A stretch of 64,000 nt of DNA, taken from the NCBI GenBank assembly GCA_050734515.1, contig JBOHUM010000014.1:65089-129088 (forward strand), written 5' to 3'. How positions within the stretch are numbered: position 1 is the first letter of the stretch; the number at the start of each line of letters is the position of its first letter. The position numbers and the translations under genes were made by a program. Below, one piece after another: positions 29,060 to 39,062 of this stretch. The notes under the pieces are model-generated. The model made no database searches. It was not told the DNA's origin and saw only the letters and a program-made list of their open reading frames with translations. The stretch comes from Candidatus Dormibacteria bacterium (GTDB taxonomy: Bacteria; Chloroflexota; Dormibacteria; Aeolococcales; Bog-877).

Positions 29060-30856
29060 ATGCGCGCCAGCCAGCTCTTCGGCACCACCCTGCGGGCAGC
29101 CCCGGCCGACGAACTGCTCAGCCACCAGCTGTTGCTGCGGGCCGGGTTCGTCCAGCAGCTGGCGACCGGGATCTTCAGCCTGCTACCCATCGGCTGGCGC
29201 ACCGAGCAGAAGCTGCGCACGATCCTCCGCGAGGAGATGGACGCCCTGGGCGGCCAGCAGTTGAGCATGCCGGTGGTGCACCCGGGCGAGCTCTGGCAGC
29301 GCTCTGGCCGCTGGGACAAGGTCGACTCAGCCTTGGTTCGCTTCCAGGACCGCCGCGGCCGGGACATGGCCCTGGCGATGACCCACGAGGAGGTGGTGGC
29401 CGACCTGGCCGCCACTGCGGTCTCCTCCTACCGCGACCTGCCTCGGATCATCTACCAGATCCAGACCAAGTTCCGGGACGAACCCCGGGCCCGGGGCGGC
29501 CTTCTGCGGACCCGTGAGTTCACCATGAAGGACGCCTACTCCCTGGATCGCGACCAGGCGGGTCTGCGGCGCGCCTACATCGCCCACTTCGGCGCCTACT
29601 TCCGCATCGCCGCCAGGGCGGGAATCCCGGTGGTGGCCGTGGTCAGCGACGTCGGCATCATGGGCGGCCAGCTCGCTCACGAGTTCATCTACCTCAGCGA
29701 CTCGGGCGAGGACACCCTGGTCTTCTGCGCCCAGTGCGGCTATGCGGCCAACCAGGAGGTCGCCGAGGCCGCCCTGGACGCCCCCGAGACCGAAGCAGAG
29801 GCGGCCCTGGAGGAAGTGGCCACACCGGGGGCCACCACCGTGGAGGACGTCGCCAGCCTCCTGGGGGTGGCGCCCAGCCGGATCGCCAAGACCGTCGCCT
29901 ACCTGGTCGACGGGGAGCGCAACCGGCCCGCGCGCCTGGTGCTGGCGCTGGTGCCCGGGGAGGCCGAGGTCAACCTGGCCCGGCTGCGCCGGGCGACCGG
30001 GGCGGTGGACGCCCGTCCCGCCCGGGCGGAGGAGATCCGGGCCGCAGGGGCGGTGCCAGGGTTCATGTCGCCCCTGGGCCTGGCCCAGGACGGAGTGACG
30101 GTGGTCGCCGACGAGGCCCTGAGCCGCCGCCGCAACCTGATCACCGGCGCCAACCGCGAGGGCTGGCACCTGCGCAACTTCAACCTGGCCCGGGATGCCC
30201 CCGGACACTCACTGGCCCGGCTGGCCGAGGTCCGCCCTCACGATCCCTGCTCCAACTGCGGTGGCCCCCTGGACCTGCGTCGCGGCATCGAGTACGGGAA
30301 CATCTTCCAGCTGGGAACCACCTACAGCGAGTCGATGGGCATCGGCTACACCGACGAGACCGGCGAGCAGCAGCCCTTGGTGATGGGCTCGTATGGCATC
30401 GGCCTGGGGCGGCTGCTGGCCTGCGTCGCCGAGGAGCACCATGACGAGCGCGGCCTCACCCTGCCGTTGGCGGTGGCGCCCTACCAGGTGGCCCTGGTGT
30501 CGGTTGGGCGCGAGCCCGAGGTCACCGAGGCGGCCGACACCCTCTACCGGGACCTGGACCGGGCCGGGGTCGAGGTTCTCTATGACGACCGCGAGCTCAG
30601 CCCCGGCGTCAAGTTCGCTGACGCCGACCTGCGCGGCATTCCCCTGCGGGTCACGGTTTCCCCACGCGCCCTGGCCGCCGCGTCCGTGGAGATCAAGCGC
30701 CGCCAGGGCGACGCCCGGCTGGTCGCCGCCACGGAGGCCACCGGCGCCATCCGGGAGGAGCTGGCTGAGATGGCGCGAGAGGCCCAGCAGTGGCTCGACC
30801 GCCAGCTGGCGCCCCTGCCCGGGTTGCTGGCGCGGACGTTTGGCGCCGCGGGGTGA
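29060..30856 (+). CDS. proS: proline--tRNA ligase (bacterial type with INS editing domain)
   Basis: 598 aa with MRASQLF..TLR..PADE...SHQLLLRAG, class II motifs (FRDEPRARGGLLRTREFTMKDAYS, GSYGIG) and an insertion domain. TAGACT lies 6 nt upstream of the ATG. Confidence 0.97.
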   Translation: MRASQLFGTTLRAAPADELLSHQLLLRAGFVQQLATGIFSLLPIGWRTEQKLRTILREEMDALGGQQLSMPVVHPGELWQRSGRWDKVDSALVRFQDRRGRDMALAMTHEEVVADLAATAVSSYRDLPRIIYQIQTKFRDEPRARGGLLRTREFTMKDAYSLDRDQAGLRRAYIAHFGAYFRIAARAGIPVVAVVSDVGIMGGQLAHEFIYLSDSGEDTLVFCAQCGYAANQEVAEAALDAPETEAEAALEEVATPGATTVEDVASLLGVAPSRIAKTVAYLVDGERNRPARLVLALVPGEAEVNLARLRRATGAVDARPARAEEIRAAGAVPGFMSPLGLAQDGVTVVADEALSRRRNLITGANREGWHLRNFNLARDAPGHSLARLAEVRPHDPCSNCGGPLDLRRGIEYGNIFQLGTTYSESMGIGYTDETGEQQPLVMGSYGIGLGRLLACVAEEHHDERGLTLPLAVAPYQVALVSVGREPEVTEAADTLYRDLDRAGVEVLYDDRELSPGVKFADADLRGIPLRVTVSPRALAAASVEIKRRQGDARLVAATEATGAIREELAEMAREAQQWLDRQLAPLPGLLARTFGAAG

Positions 30857-30866
30857 GGAGGCGGCC

Positions 30867-32099
30867 GTGGCGTCTCCCCGAGCCATCCTCCACCTCGACC
30901 TCGATGCCTTCTTCGTCTCCTGCGAGCGGCTGCGCCGCCCCGAGCTGATCGGCCGCCCGGTGGTGGTCGGCGGGGGCAGGGAGTCGCATCCCGGCCAGCG
31001 CCGCGAGCCGGGCCGAGGAGTGGTCGCGGCCGCCTCCTATGAGGCGCGCCCCTTCGGGGTGCACTCCGCCCTGCCACTGGGCCGGGCCCTCTCCCTGTGC
31101 CCAGAGCTGGTGTTGCTGCCCGTGGACATCGCCCACTACGCCGAGGTCTCGGAGCGAGTCTTTGCCATCCTCGGTGAGTACACCCCGCTGGTCGAGCCGG
31201 GCTCGCTCGACGAGGCCTACCTCGACGTCAGCGGATCGCTGCCCCTCGGCGCTGAGCCGCTCCAGCTCGCCACTGAGCTCCAGATCCGGCTGCAGGCGGA
31301 GCTGGGCCTGCCCGCCTCGGTGGGCGTGGCGACCAACAAGACCGTGGCCAAGGTGGCCTCGGATCTGCGCAAGCCGCGCGGATTGGTGGTGGTGGCGCCG
31401 GGGGAGGAGGCTGCCTTTCTGGCCCCGATGCCGGTGGAGCGGCTTCCCGGAGCAGGGCCTAGGACCACTGCCAAGCTGAGGCTGGTGGGCCTGACGACCC
31501 TGGGCCAGGTGGTGGCCGCCGGACCAGTCCTGGAGCAGACCCTGGGCCCAGCGGCTGGCCCGCTGCGGCGGCGCGCCGCCGGACTCGACCCCTCCCCGGT
31601 GGAGGTCCCAGGTCTTCCCAAGTCAGTCAGCCGCGAGGAAACCTACTCCCAGGATCTAACTTCGCAGGACCGCCTGGAGGCCCGGATCGAGGCACTGGCC
31701 ACGGCTGTCGCTAGAAGGTTGCGGGCCTCCTCTTTGAGCGCCGGCACGGTGACGCTCAAGATGCGCTTCGCCAACTTCGAAACTGTCATCAGGCGTAGGA
31801 GCCTGACCGAGGCCAGCAGCGCCGACCGGGATTTGGACCGGGGAGCGCGGCAGCTGTTCCGAGAGAACTGGCCTTCAGGGCGGGCGGTGCGACTCCTGGG
31901 AGTTGGCGCCGAGAGCCTGAGCCTGGAGCGCCAACTCAGCCTGTTCCCCGACCCCGGGTTGCGCGCCGAGGGGCTGGACCAGGCCCTGGACGGCCTCCGG
32001 CATCGGTTCGGGCGCCAGGTGATCGCCCGCGGCACCGAGGCAATTGGCGATTCGATCGACTGGAACCGCGATCACCTGCGCCGGCTGCCACCTTCCTGA
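30867..32099 (+). CDS. dinB: DNA polymerase IV
   Basis: ILHLDLDAFFVSCE, SLDEAYLDV, and the little-finger region. The GTG start has GAGGAGG upstream. Confidence 0.92.
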   Translation: MASPRAILHLDLDAFFVSCERLRRPELIGRPVVVGGGRESHPGQRREPGRGVVAAASYEARPFGVHSALPLGRALSLCPELVLLPVDIAHYAEVSERVFAILGEYTPLVEPGSLDEAYLDVSGSLPLGAEPLQLATELQIRLQAELGLPASVGVATNKTVAKVASDLRKPRGLVVVAPGEEAAFLAPMPVERLPGAGPRTTAKLRLVGLTTLGQVVAAGPVLEQTLGPAAGPLRRRAAGLDPSPVEVPGLPKSVSREETYSQDLTSQDRLEARIEALATAVARRLRASSLSAGTVTLKMRFANFETVIRRRSLTEASSADRDLDRGARQLFRENWPSGRAVRLLGVGAESLSLERQLSLFPDPGLRAEGLDQALDGLRHRFGRQVIARGTEAIGDSIDWNRDHLRRLPPS

Positions 32100-32240
32100 G
32101 CCCGCCGTGCCGACTCCGATTGGGCCTTATCATCTGTGCACCCCGGGCGATCCCCACGGGGTTTGGGGCGGTGGAGTGGTGGGACCCGGGGCTGCAACCC
32201 GGGAGGACACATACGGCATGACGGCGTTGGACCCTCGGCC

Positions 32241-32753
32241 GTGAGGACCAACTTCAACTTCTGCCCCGCCTGCGGTGCCCGGTTGGAACCGCGCCCCGTG
32301 GAGGGGCGGCTCCGCCCTGCCTGCCCGCGCTGCGAGTTCATCGCTTTCACCGGCCCCCAGGTCGCGACCGCGCTGCTGGCCACCGACCCCAGGGGGCGGG
32401 TGCTGGCGCTTCGCCGCGGCATCCCGCCTGGCCTGGGGGGATGGGCGTTTCCTGGGGGATACGTCGACGATGACGAGGATCCCGCCCAGGGCGCCGCCCG
32501 CGAGTGCCGCGAGGAGACCGGCTGCGAGGCCGAGGTCGAGGGATTGGCGGGAGCTTTCCACGTGCGCACGGAGGATGGTCCCCTGGTGGTACTGGCCTTC
32601 GGCGGCCGTCTCACGTCCGGCCAGCCGTCGACCTCCCCGGAGGCCTTAGAGGTGGGCTGCTTTGCCCCGGAGGAGCTGCCGGAACTGGTCTTTTCCTCGC
32701 ACCGCCAGGCCCTCCAGGCGTGGCGCAGTGGCCGGGGCAGGAGGGAGGCGTGA
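32241..32753 (+). CDS. NUDIX hydrolase with N-terminal zinc ribbon
   Basis: CPACG...CPRC, followed by the Nudix box GGWAFPGGYVDDDEDPAQGAARECREETG. The start is uncertain: GTG at 32241 is preferred, and the ORF's first start is at 32136. Confidence 0.8.
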   Translation: MRTNFNFCPACGARLEPRPVEGRLRPACPRCEFIAFTGPQVATALLATDPRGRVLALRRGIPPGLGGWAFPGGYVDDDEDPAQGAARECREETGCEAEVEGLAGAFHVRTEDGPLVVLAFGGRLTSGQPSTSPEALEVGCFAPEELPELVFSSHRQALQAWRSGRGRREA

Positions 32754-33370
32754 TTCGGCGCGGCTGCCTGCGCAACCTGCTCGGCTGCCTGGTGCCGGTG
32801 GTGGTCGTGCTCGCCGTGGCCGCCTGGGCGGTGCACCTCTGGACCACTCCTCCCACTCTCCCTCGGGTGCAGCCCGCCCCCCCGGGCACGCTCGAGCTCA
32901 GCGAGGCCCAGGCGGTGGCCACGGCGCTGGCGGCGGGGGAGCCGGTGGCTCTGCTCCATCTCAGCGACTCCGAGGCCACCGGCCTGCTGCAGGAGAGCCT
33001 GGACTCCTACGCGGGCCTGTCCAGCCTCGAGGTGCACATGCTCCACGGCCGGGTGGTGGTCAGCGGCGAAACCAGCATCCTGAACCACACCCTGGTCATC
33101 AGCGGCCCGGTCCGGCTGCGGGGTCAGGGCACCGCCACCGTCCGACTTGACTTCACCGGGCTCGCGATCGGCCAGATGGGCCTGCCTAGTGCCATCCCCC
33201 AGCTGATCTCCCGAGGCTTCCATCCCTCGCTGCAGCTGCCCTTGGTGGGTGGAGGGCGGGCGCTGACCTTCGCCTGCGACGCCGTCCACCGGGACGAGCT
33301 GATCATCGGCGTCAGCTACGGCCCGGGGCGCCCCGCCGCTGGCGCCTCGGCGTGCCGGGCCAGCCGATGA
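32750..33370 (+). CDS. hypothetical membrane-anchored protein
   Basis: The GTG overlaps the NUDIX stop (GTGA). There is one N-terminal TM helix (LLGCLVPVVVVLAVAAWAV). The stop overlaps the moaC ATG (ATGA). I recognise no domain. Confidence 0.55.
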   Translation: MIRRGCLRNLLGCLVPVVVVLAVAAWAVHLWTTPPTLPRVQPAPPGTLELSEAQAVATALAAGEPVALLHLSDSEATGLLQESLDSYAGLSSLEVHMLHGRVVVSGETSILNHTLVISGPVRLRGQGTATVRLDFTGLAIGQMGLPSAIPQLISRGFHPSLQLPLVGGGRALTFACDAVHRDELIIGVSYGPGRPAAGASACRASR

Positions 33371-33903
33371 CGCCACAGCGACGCCGGCCTCCGCTCGAGG
33401 CCCGGCTCAGTCATCTGGACCGGGAAGGCGGGGTGCGCATGGTCGACGTCGGCGACCGGCCCCAGACCCAACGCAGCGCCACCGCCCGGGGCCGGGTCCG
33501 GATCGGAGCCGCCGCCTACCAAGCGGTGGCCGGGCAGCAACTCCCCAAGGGCGATGTCCTGGAGGTGGCGAGGCTGGCCGGGATCATGGCGGCGAAGCGC
33601 ACTCCCGAGCTCATACCCCTCTGCCATCCGCTCACCCTCAGCCACGTGTCCGTAACCGCCGGGCTGCGCGCCAACCCCGAGCGGATTGAGCTGGAGGCGA
33701 CCGTGCGCTGCCTGGGCGCCACCGGCGTGGAGATGGAGGCGCTCACCGCGGTCAGCGTGGCCGCGCTCACCGTCATCGACATGCTCAAGAGCGTCGACCC
33801 CTGGGCCGAGATCGAGGGCGTGAGCCTCCTGGCCAAGGAGGGGGGACGCTCCGGCGCCCGCCGTCGCCCGGGCTCAGCAGCGGGGGCAGAGGAGGGCGGC
33901 TGA
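33367..33903 (+). CDS. moaC: cyclic pyranopterin monophosphate synthase
   Basis: [19 protein letters not shown], and IPLCHPL.LSHV. ATGA overlap with the upstream gene. Confidence 0.92.
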   Translation: MTPQRRRPPLEARLSHLDREGGVRMVDVGDRPQTQRSATARGRVRIGAAAYQAVAGQQLPKGDVLEVARLAGIMAAKRTPELIPLCHPLTLSHVSVTAGLRANPERIELEATVRCLGATGVEMEALTAVSVAALTVIDMLKSVDPWAEIEGVSLLAKEGGRSGARRRPGSAAGAEEGG

Positions 33904-33904
33904 G

Positions 33905-35701
33905 GTGGTCCCTGGCAAGGCGCCGGTCCGGGCTCAGGACCGGGAGCTCCGCGAGCTCGTCTACCTCCAGGAGCTGGCCCGGGCAGCGGCTTCGACGATG
34001 GAGCGGGACCAGCTCCTGGAGCTGATCATTCGCGAGACCACCGGGGCCCTGGAGGCGGACGTATGCGCCCTCTATCTCCACGACCAGGCGCGGGCCGGGC
34101 TGGTGCTCACCGCCACCAACGGGCTTAACCAACGGGCGGTGGGGAAGGTAGTAATGCCGTGGGGGGAGGGCGTCACCGGGCAGGTGGCGGCCTCCCGCCA
34201 GCCCATCTCGGTCCTGGAGGTCGCCAGCGACCCTCGCTTCAAGTGGGTGGAGGGGGTGGACGAGGCACGTTTCACCTCGATGCTCTCGGTGCCGATCGAG
34301 GCCGGCCAGCGCATCGTGGGGGTGCTCAACGTCCAGACCGTGGCCCGGCGCGACTTTCGGGCGGACGAACTGGCCTTTCTCTCGGCGATCGCCAGCTCCC
34401 TGGCGGGGGTGCTGGAGCGGAGCCAGCTGCAGCACCGCCTCGAGCTGCAGCTGGAGGAGATCCGGCTCTCGCAGACCGTCCACCAACGCTTCACCCAGCT
34501 GGCCCTCTCCGGAGCTGGCCTGGGCAACATCCTCGAGGCGATCTCGAGCCTGGCCGAGACCACGGTCGGGCTCTACGACCCGCTCGGGTTCCGGCTCCAG
34601 CACCGGTCAGATCGCGCCCTGGGCCTGCGTCGCCTCAATGTGCCCTCGGGCCTGATGGGAGCCGAGCAGATGGAGGCTATGGGCAGCCGCCAGGGGAGGC
34701 CGCCCACGGATCTGGTGCTGGCGCCGGTCCGAGCCGGAGGGGAGCTGGTGGCGGTGCTGGCGGCCGAAGGGCGGATCGAGGACGCCTCGCCCGGGACCCG
34801 CCGTGCCCTGGAGCACGGTGCGACTGTGGTTGCACTGGAGCTGCTCAAAGAGCGTGCCGAGGCCGAGGTCGAGCGGCGTGTCCGCGGCGACCTCCTGGAT
34901 GGCCTGCTCACGGCCGGGCAGAGTGCGGACGACATCGCTCGGCTGGCGATCCGGTCCGAGCGGCTCGGGTATCGGATCCCCGAGTCGGCCTGGGTTTTGG
35001 TCCTGGAGCCGGACGACGAGCGTGCCCAGGGCCAGTTCCAGTCGCCACCCATCCAGGAACGGCTGCAACGCGACCTGGGCGAACTGACCCAGCTTCGCTT
35101 CCCGGGCGCGCTCACGGTCTCCCGGACCACCGGCTCGGTGATCGTGGTCCCCACCCAATCGCCCGCCTCGCCCCGCCTCGCCGTCGAGCCCGGGGCGGTC
35201 CAGCTCGAGGAGTTCGGGCGCGCCGTACTGGCGCTGGGGCGGGGGCTGGGGGGCTCGATGAGCCTCTCGCTGGGGCTGGGCAACCTGGCGGCGACCGCCA
35301 AAGAGCTTTCCCGCGCCCACGAAGAGGCGCGCCAGGCGCTGCGCCTAGCCCGGCGCGGGGGAGCGCGAGCGCAGTACGTGTCCTACCGATCCCTGGGCGC
35401 CGCCCGGCTGCTGCTCGAGGTCCGCGACCCGGAGGTGCTGCGCCGCTTTGTCGACGAGACCCTGGGTCCAGTGCTCGCCTACGCCCGACGGCACCGGACC
35501 CCGCTGCTGCCCAGTCTGGAGGCGCTGGTGGCGCAGCGCTGGAACCAGCGGGCGGCGGCACGCCAGCTGGGGATCCACATCAACACCCTCGCGTACCGCC
35601 TCCAGCGCCTGGAGGAGCTGCTGGGCGTCTCCTTGGCCGACGCGGAGAACCGCGTCTTGCTCAGCGTGGCCCTCCAGGCAAGGCACCTGCTCCTGGGTTG
35701 A
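33905..35701 (+). CDS. GAF-domain PucR/CdaR-family transcriptional regulator
   Basis: 598 aa with an N-terminal GAF (PFKWVEG...SMLSVPI..G.R.VGVLNVQ) and a C-terminal PucR HTH ([25 protein letters not shown]). Confidence 0.85.
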   Translation: MVPGKAPVRAQDRELRELVYLQELARAAASTMERDQLLELIIRETTGALEADVCALYLHDQARAGLVLTATNGLNQRAVGKVVMPWGEGVTGQVAASRQPISVLEVASDPRFKWVEGVDEARFTSMLSVPIEAGQRIVGVLNVQTVARRDFRADELAFLSAIASSLAGVLERSQLQHRLELQLEEIRLSQTVHQRFTQLALSGAGLGNILEAISSLAETTVGLYDPLGFRLQHRSDRALGLRRLNVPSGLMGAEQMEAMGSRQGRPPTDLVLAPVRAGGELVAVLAAEGRIEDASPGTRRALEHGATVVALELLKERAEAEVERRVRGDLLDGLLTAGQSADDIARLAIRSERLGYRIPESAWVLVLEPDDERAQGQFQSPPIQERLQRDLGELTQLRFPGALTVSRTTGSVIVVPTQSPASPRLAVEPGAVQLEEFGRAVLALGRGLGGSMSLSLGLGNLAATAKELSRAHEEARQALRLARRGGARAQYVSYRSLGAARLLLEVRDPEVLRRFVDETLGPVLAYARRHRTPLLPSLEALVAQRWNQRAAARQLGIHINTLAYRLQRLEELLGVSLADAENRVLLSVALQARHLLLG

Positions 35702-35763
35702 TCCCGTTGCCGTCGCTGGCTGTTACCTTGGCTCCTCCGGACTGCTACCCAGGGAGTTGAAGA

Positions 35764-36231
35764 GTGCTCGAAGTCGGTGACCCTGTGCCGGTGTTCCAGG
35801 CCGAGTCGGGCGGCGGCGGGACCGTGGCGGCAGCGGGCCTGCTGGGCTCGCGCTGGGTCATCTACTTCTACCCCAAGGACAAGACACCGGGCTGCACCGT
35901 CGAGACCCGTGAGTTCGGCCAGGAGCTACCTCGCTTTCGTGCTGCGGGCATCACCCTGTATGGCTGCTCCACCGGTGGCGTCCAGGCCAAGCGCGACTTC
36001 GCCCGAGCCTGCGGGGCCCCCGACCTGCCTCTGCTCGCCGACCCCGACCACAGCATCGCCGAGGGCTTCGGGGTCTGGGGTGAGCGCCGGTTCATGGGCA
36101 AGACCTACCTGGGTGTGCTCCGGACCACCTTCCTGGTGGGCGCGGACGGCCGGGTGGAGCACGTCTGGGAGGGGGTTGAGCCCACGGGCCATGCGGCCGA
36201 GGTGCTGGCGGCTGCTCGGGGGTCGAGCTAG
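35764..36231 (+). CDS. bcp: thioredoxin-dependent thiol peroxidase (Bcp-type peroxiredoxin)
   Basis: YFYPKDKTPGCTVE peroxidatic Cys motif, 155 aa, GGAG upstream of the GTG. Confidence 0.92.
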   Translation: MLEVGDPVPVFQAESGGGGTVAAAGLLGSRWVIYFYPKDKTPGCTVETREFGQELPRFRAAGITLYGCSTGGVQAKRDFARACGAPDLPLLADPDHSIAEGFGVWGERRFMGKTYLGVLRTTFLVGADGRVEHVWEGVEPTGHAAEVLAAARGSS

Positions 36232-36253
36232 GTCGCGGCGGTCGCCGGCAGGG

Positions 36254-37714
36254 TCAGTCCTCGCCCTGGGCCTTGGTGAAACCCCGCTCGCCGTCGAATT
36301 CGGGCAACCGCTCCAGATGCACCCACCGGTGCTCCTCGGAGACCCGCTGCAGCAAGGCGATGAGGTCGCGGTCGGCTAGGTCACCGTCGGCGTCGCGGAG
36401 CATGAACCGGCAGGGCCAGTGGTCGATGCAGTCCGTGATCAGCCCCCCAGCTGACGGATAGATCTGGGTTCCCCGGTTGCTGATGGTCTTCAGCTCCAGG
36501 GCGGTGCCCACCGCCGCCCGCTCCAGGCTGTGCCCCAGGCTCTCCCCGTCCATGGCGGACTCGATGAACACATCGACCCCCACCTCCCGGCGATTGAGCG
36601 GGTGAACCACCGCCGGCTCCGCTGAGACCCGCGGGAGGTGCAGGGGCCGGCGGTCACGCACCTGCCACCTCTCGGAACGCTCCCCCAGGTGGGAAATGAC
36701 TGCTTCGGTGTACTCGGTCGTGGAGGCCGGCCGCTCATCCCCGGCGATGTCGCGGGTCCGCACCCCCGACTCCAGCGTTACCAGCACTGCGTGCTCCACC
36801 TTGTCCGCCGTCTCGAGCTCTCCCAGGTGACGCAGCAGCATCGCCCCGGTGAGGATCAGCGCGGTGGGGTTGATCACGTTCTTGCCCGCGTACTTGGGCG
36901 CTGAGCCGTGCACCGCCTCGAAGATGGCGACTTCGTTGCCGATGTTGGCCGAGGCGGCGAATCCCAGGCCCCCTATCAATGCCGAGCTGAGGTCGCTGAT
37001 GATGTCACCGTTCATGTTTGTTGTGACAATCACGTCGAACTGCTCGGGCCGCTTTACCAGCTGGTGTGCGCAGTTGTCGATGATGATGTGCATCGCCTCG
37101 AGATCGGGGTACTCGGGCGCGATCTCCTCGAAGGTGCGCTTTAGCAGCCCCTCCGTCAACTTCATGATGTTCGACTTGGTAGCGCAGTGGACGGTGTGCC
37201 GTCCCTCCGAGCGAGCAAACTCGAAGGCCAAACGCACGATTTTTTCGCAGCCCTTGCGTGAGACCAGCTTGAGGCACTCGGCCACTCCGGGGGTCTGCAT
37301 GTACTCGATGCCCGCGTAAAGATCCTCGACGTTCTCACGCACCACCACCAGGTCGACCCCGCGGCCCACATAGGGCGTGACCACGCCGGGCAGCTCGCGC
37401 ACCGGACGGATGTTGGCGTAGGTCTCGAACAGCTTGCGCAGAGTGACGTTGGCACTCTTCTCGCCGAACCCGACGGGCGTCTCCAGGGGGCCCTTGAGGG
37501 CGAGCCCGGTGCGGCGGATGGACTCGATGGTCTCGGGGGGCACCCCTGAGGGGAGCCCCCGGCGGAAGACGCTGGCGCCGGCCTCCTGCTCCTCCCAGGC
37601 GATCCGGACCCCGGTAGCCTCGATCACCGACCTTGTGGCCCGAACCACCTCGGGGCCAATCCCGTCGCCGGCGATCAGGGTCACACGCCTCGCTTGCGCC
37701 ACGCTATCCGTCAC
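36254..37714 (-). CDS. icd: isocitrate dehydrogenase (isocitrate/isopropylmalate dehydrogenase family, long form with C-terminal extension)
   Basis: IAGDGIGPEV, NGDIISD, GSAPKYAGK, and an extra C-terminal domain of ~140 aa as in Thermus-type IDH. GGAGGG Shine-Dalgarno. Confidence 0.9.
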   Translation of the reverse strand: MTDSVAQARRVTLIAGDGIGPEVVRATRSVIEATGVRIAWEEQEAGASVFRRGLPSGVPPETIESIRRTGLALKGPLETPVGFGEKSANVTLRKLFETYANIRPVRELPGVVTPYVGRGVDLVVVRENVEDLYAGIEYMQTPGVAECLKLVSRKGCEKIVRLAFEFARSEGRHTVHCATKSNIMKLTEGLLKRTFEEIAPEYPDLEAMHIIIDNCAHQLVKRPEQFDVIVTTNMNGDIISDLSSALIGGLGFAASANIGNEVAIFEAVHGSAPKYAGKNVINPTALILTGAMLLRHLGELETADKVEHAVLVTLESGVRTRDIAGDERPASTTEYTEAVISHLGERSERWQVRDRRPLHLPRVSAEPAVVHPLNRREVGVDVFIESAMDGESLGHSLERAAVGTALELKTISNRGTQIYPSAGGLITDCIDHWPCRFMLRDADGDLADRDLIALLQRVSEEHRWVHLERLPEFDGERGFTKAQGED

Positions 37715-37773
37715 TCTGCCCTCCAGGTGCTGTGCGGCCCCCTAGATCGAGCATAGCGCCCGGCCTCCACCGG

Positions 37774-38505
37774 TCAGCCCGGGGCCGGCCCCAGGAGCTG
37801 GCGGAGATCCCTGATCCGTGGCCCGTCCCAGTTCGGGTCGGGGTCGTACTGCAGGTGCGGCTCTCCATCCTGGCGAGGTAGCAGCAGCTGCCAGGCCTCC
37901 ATCCCCGCAGCCCGGGCGCCGCTCAACTCCTGACTGCCGCCGTCACCCACATAGAGGCACTCGCCGACCCTGACGCCCAGCCGGGAGGCGGCCAGATGGT
38001 AGAGCTCGGCCGCGGGCTTGCGCTGCCGTTCCTGAAACGAGAAGACCGGCGCCGTGATCGGCTTGGCCCAGACGAGCTCCGGCCAGATCAAGGGCGTCTC
38101 GCCGGAGCAGTCACTGATCATGCCGATGGCAATCCCGCCCGCACAGAGACGGGCGAACAGCTCGGGGACCTCTGGTCTTGGACTCCGTAGCACCTCTCTG
38201 AACTGGGAGACTCGCAGAGCGGCCGCCCGCTCGAGCGCCTTCGGCGGGGGCTGGCATCCCAGCATCCGACAGAGCTCCTCCAGCATCTGCCTGGGAGCGC
38301 CCAGCTCACCGCGTGCGCGGCGGTCATAGGTGGCGCTCAAGACAGCCTGGAATTGCCCTGCGGGCACCTCGAGCAGCGCCGCCAGCTCCGTTGCCTTGCG
38401 CGCGGCGCTGGCCTGTCCCCATCCGGCCACCAGGGTGCCGAAGAGGTCGAAGATGACCGCCCGCCATAGCGAGGGTCCCGCCAGCGTTGGGCTCAGGCGG
38501 TTCAG
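37774..38505 (-). CDS. HAD-superfamily hydrolase (haloacid-dehalogenase-like, DxFGT motif)
   Basis: Motif I VIFDLFGTLV, SDCSGE, and motif IV YVGDGGSQELSGA. No ATG/GTG/TTG lies between the mogA stop and motif I. I placed the start at the in-frame CTG at 38505 (CTGA overlap). The nominal ORF extends to 38949, overlapping mogA. Confidence 0.7.
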   Translation of the reverse strand: MNRLSPTLAGPSLWRAVIFDLFGTLVAGWGQASAARKATELAALLEVPAGQFQAVLSATYDRRARGELGAPRQMLEELCRMLGCQPPPKALERAAALRVSQFREVLRSPRPEVPELFARLCAGGIAIGMISDCSGETPLIWPELVWAKPITAPVFSFQERQRKPAAELYHLAASRLGVRVGECLYVGDGGSQELSGARAAGMEAWQLLLPRQDGEPHLQYDPDPNWDGPRIRDLRQLLGPAPG

Positions 38506-39062
38506 GGCCCTCCGGCGGCCCCCTGGTGGCGGGCCGGTGTGCTCGCTTCGGGCAGACCGGCGACCATCTCCAAGGCGTGGGGCAGGGCCTGCCAGACGGC
38601 CTCCATGCTCTCGGTCACCGCCTTGAGGGCCCCCGGCACTGCCAGGATCAGGCTGGCGCCCCGGACCACCCCCACCTGGCGGGAGAGCATGGCGTGAGGG
38701 GTATGGGTCAGCCCCTGGGCGCGCATCGCCTCGGCGAACCCGGGCACCTCGTACTGGCCCACCGACCGCACCGCCTCCGGCGTCCGGTCCCGGGGGTGCA
38801 GCCCTGTGCCCCCGGTGCAGACGATCAGGGCGGGCTCGAGTTCGGCCACCGTGGCCGTAAGCCACGCCGCCACCCGGTCCGGCTCGTCGGGCAGCAGCGC
38901 CCGGGACACCAGCTCGCCGGGGAGTTCGAGCAGCCGATGCGCCAGCCACTCACCGCTAGTGTCGAGCCGCCCCCCGGCCGCACCTTGGTCGCTCACCGTC
39001 AGCAGGGCCACCCGCCAGCGGCCCCGGACCTCGGGGACCTCGCAGCGGTCGGTGTCGCTCAC
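38502..39062 (-). CDS. mogA: MogA/MoaB-family molybdenum cofactor biosynthesis protein
   Basis: ALLTVSDQGA..., LIVCTGGTGLHPRD, and PG...A. The GTG start overlaps the dCMP deaminase stop (GTGA). Confidence 0.85.
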   Translation of the reverse strand: MSDTDRCEVPEVRGRWRVALLTVSDQGAAGGRLDTSGEWLAHRLLELPGELVSRALLPDEPDRVAAWLTATVAELEPALIVCTGGTGLHPRDRTPEAVRSVGQYEVPGFAEAMRAQGLTHTPHAMLSRQVGVVRGASLILAVPGALKAVTESMEAVWQALPHALEMVAGLPEASTPARHQGAAGGP

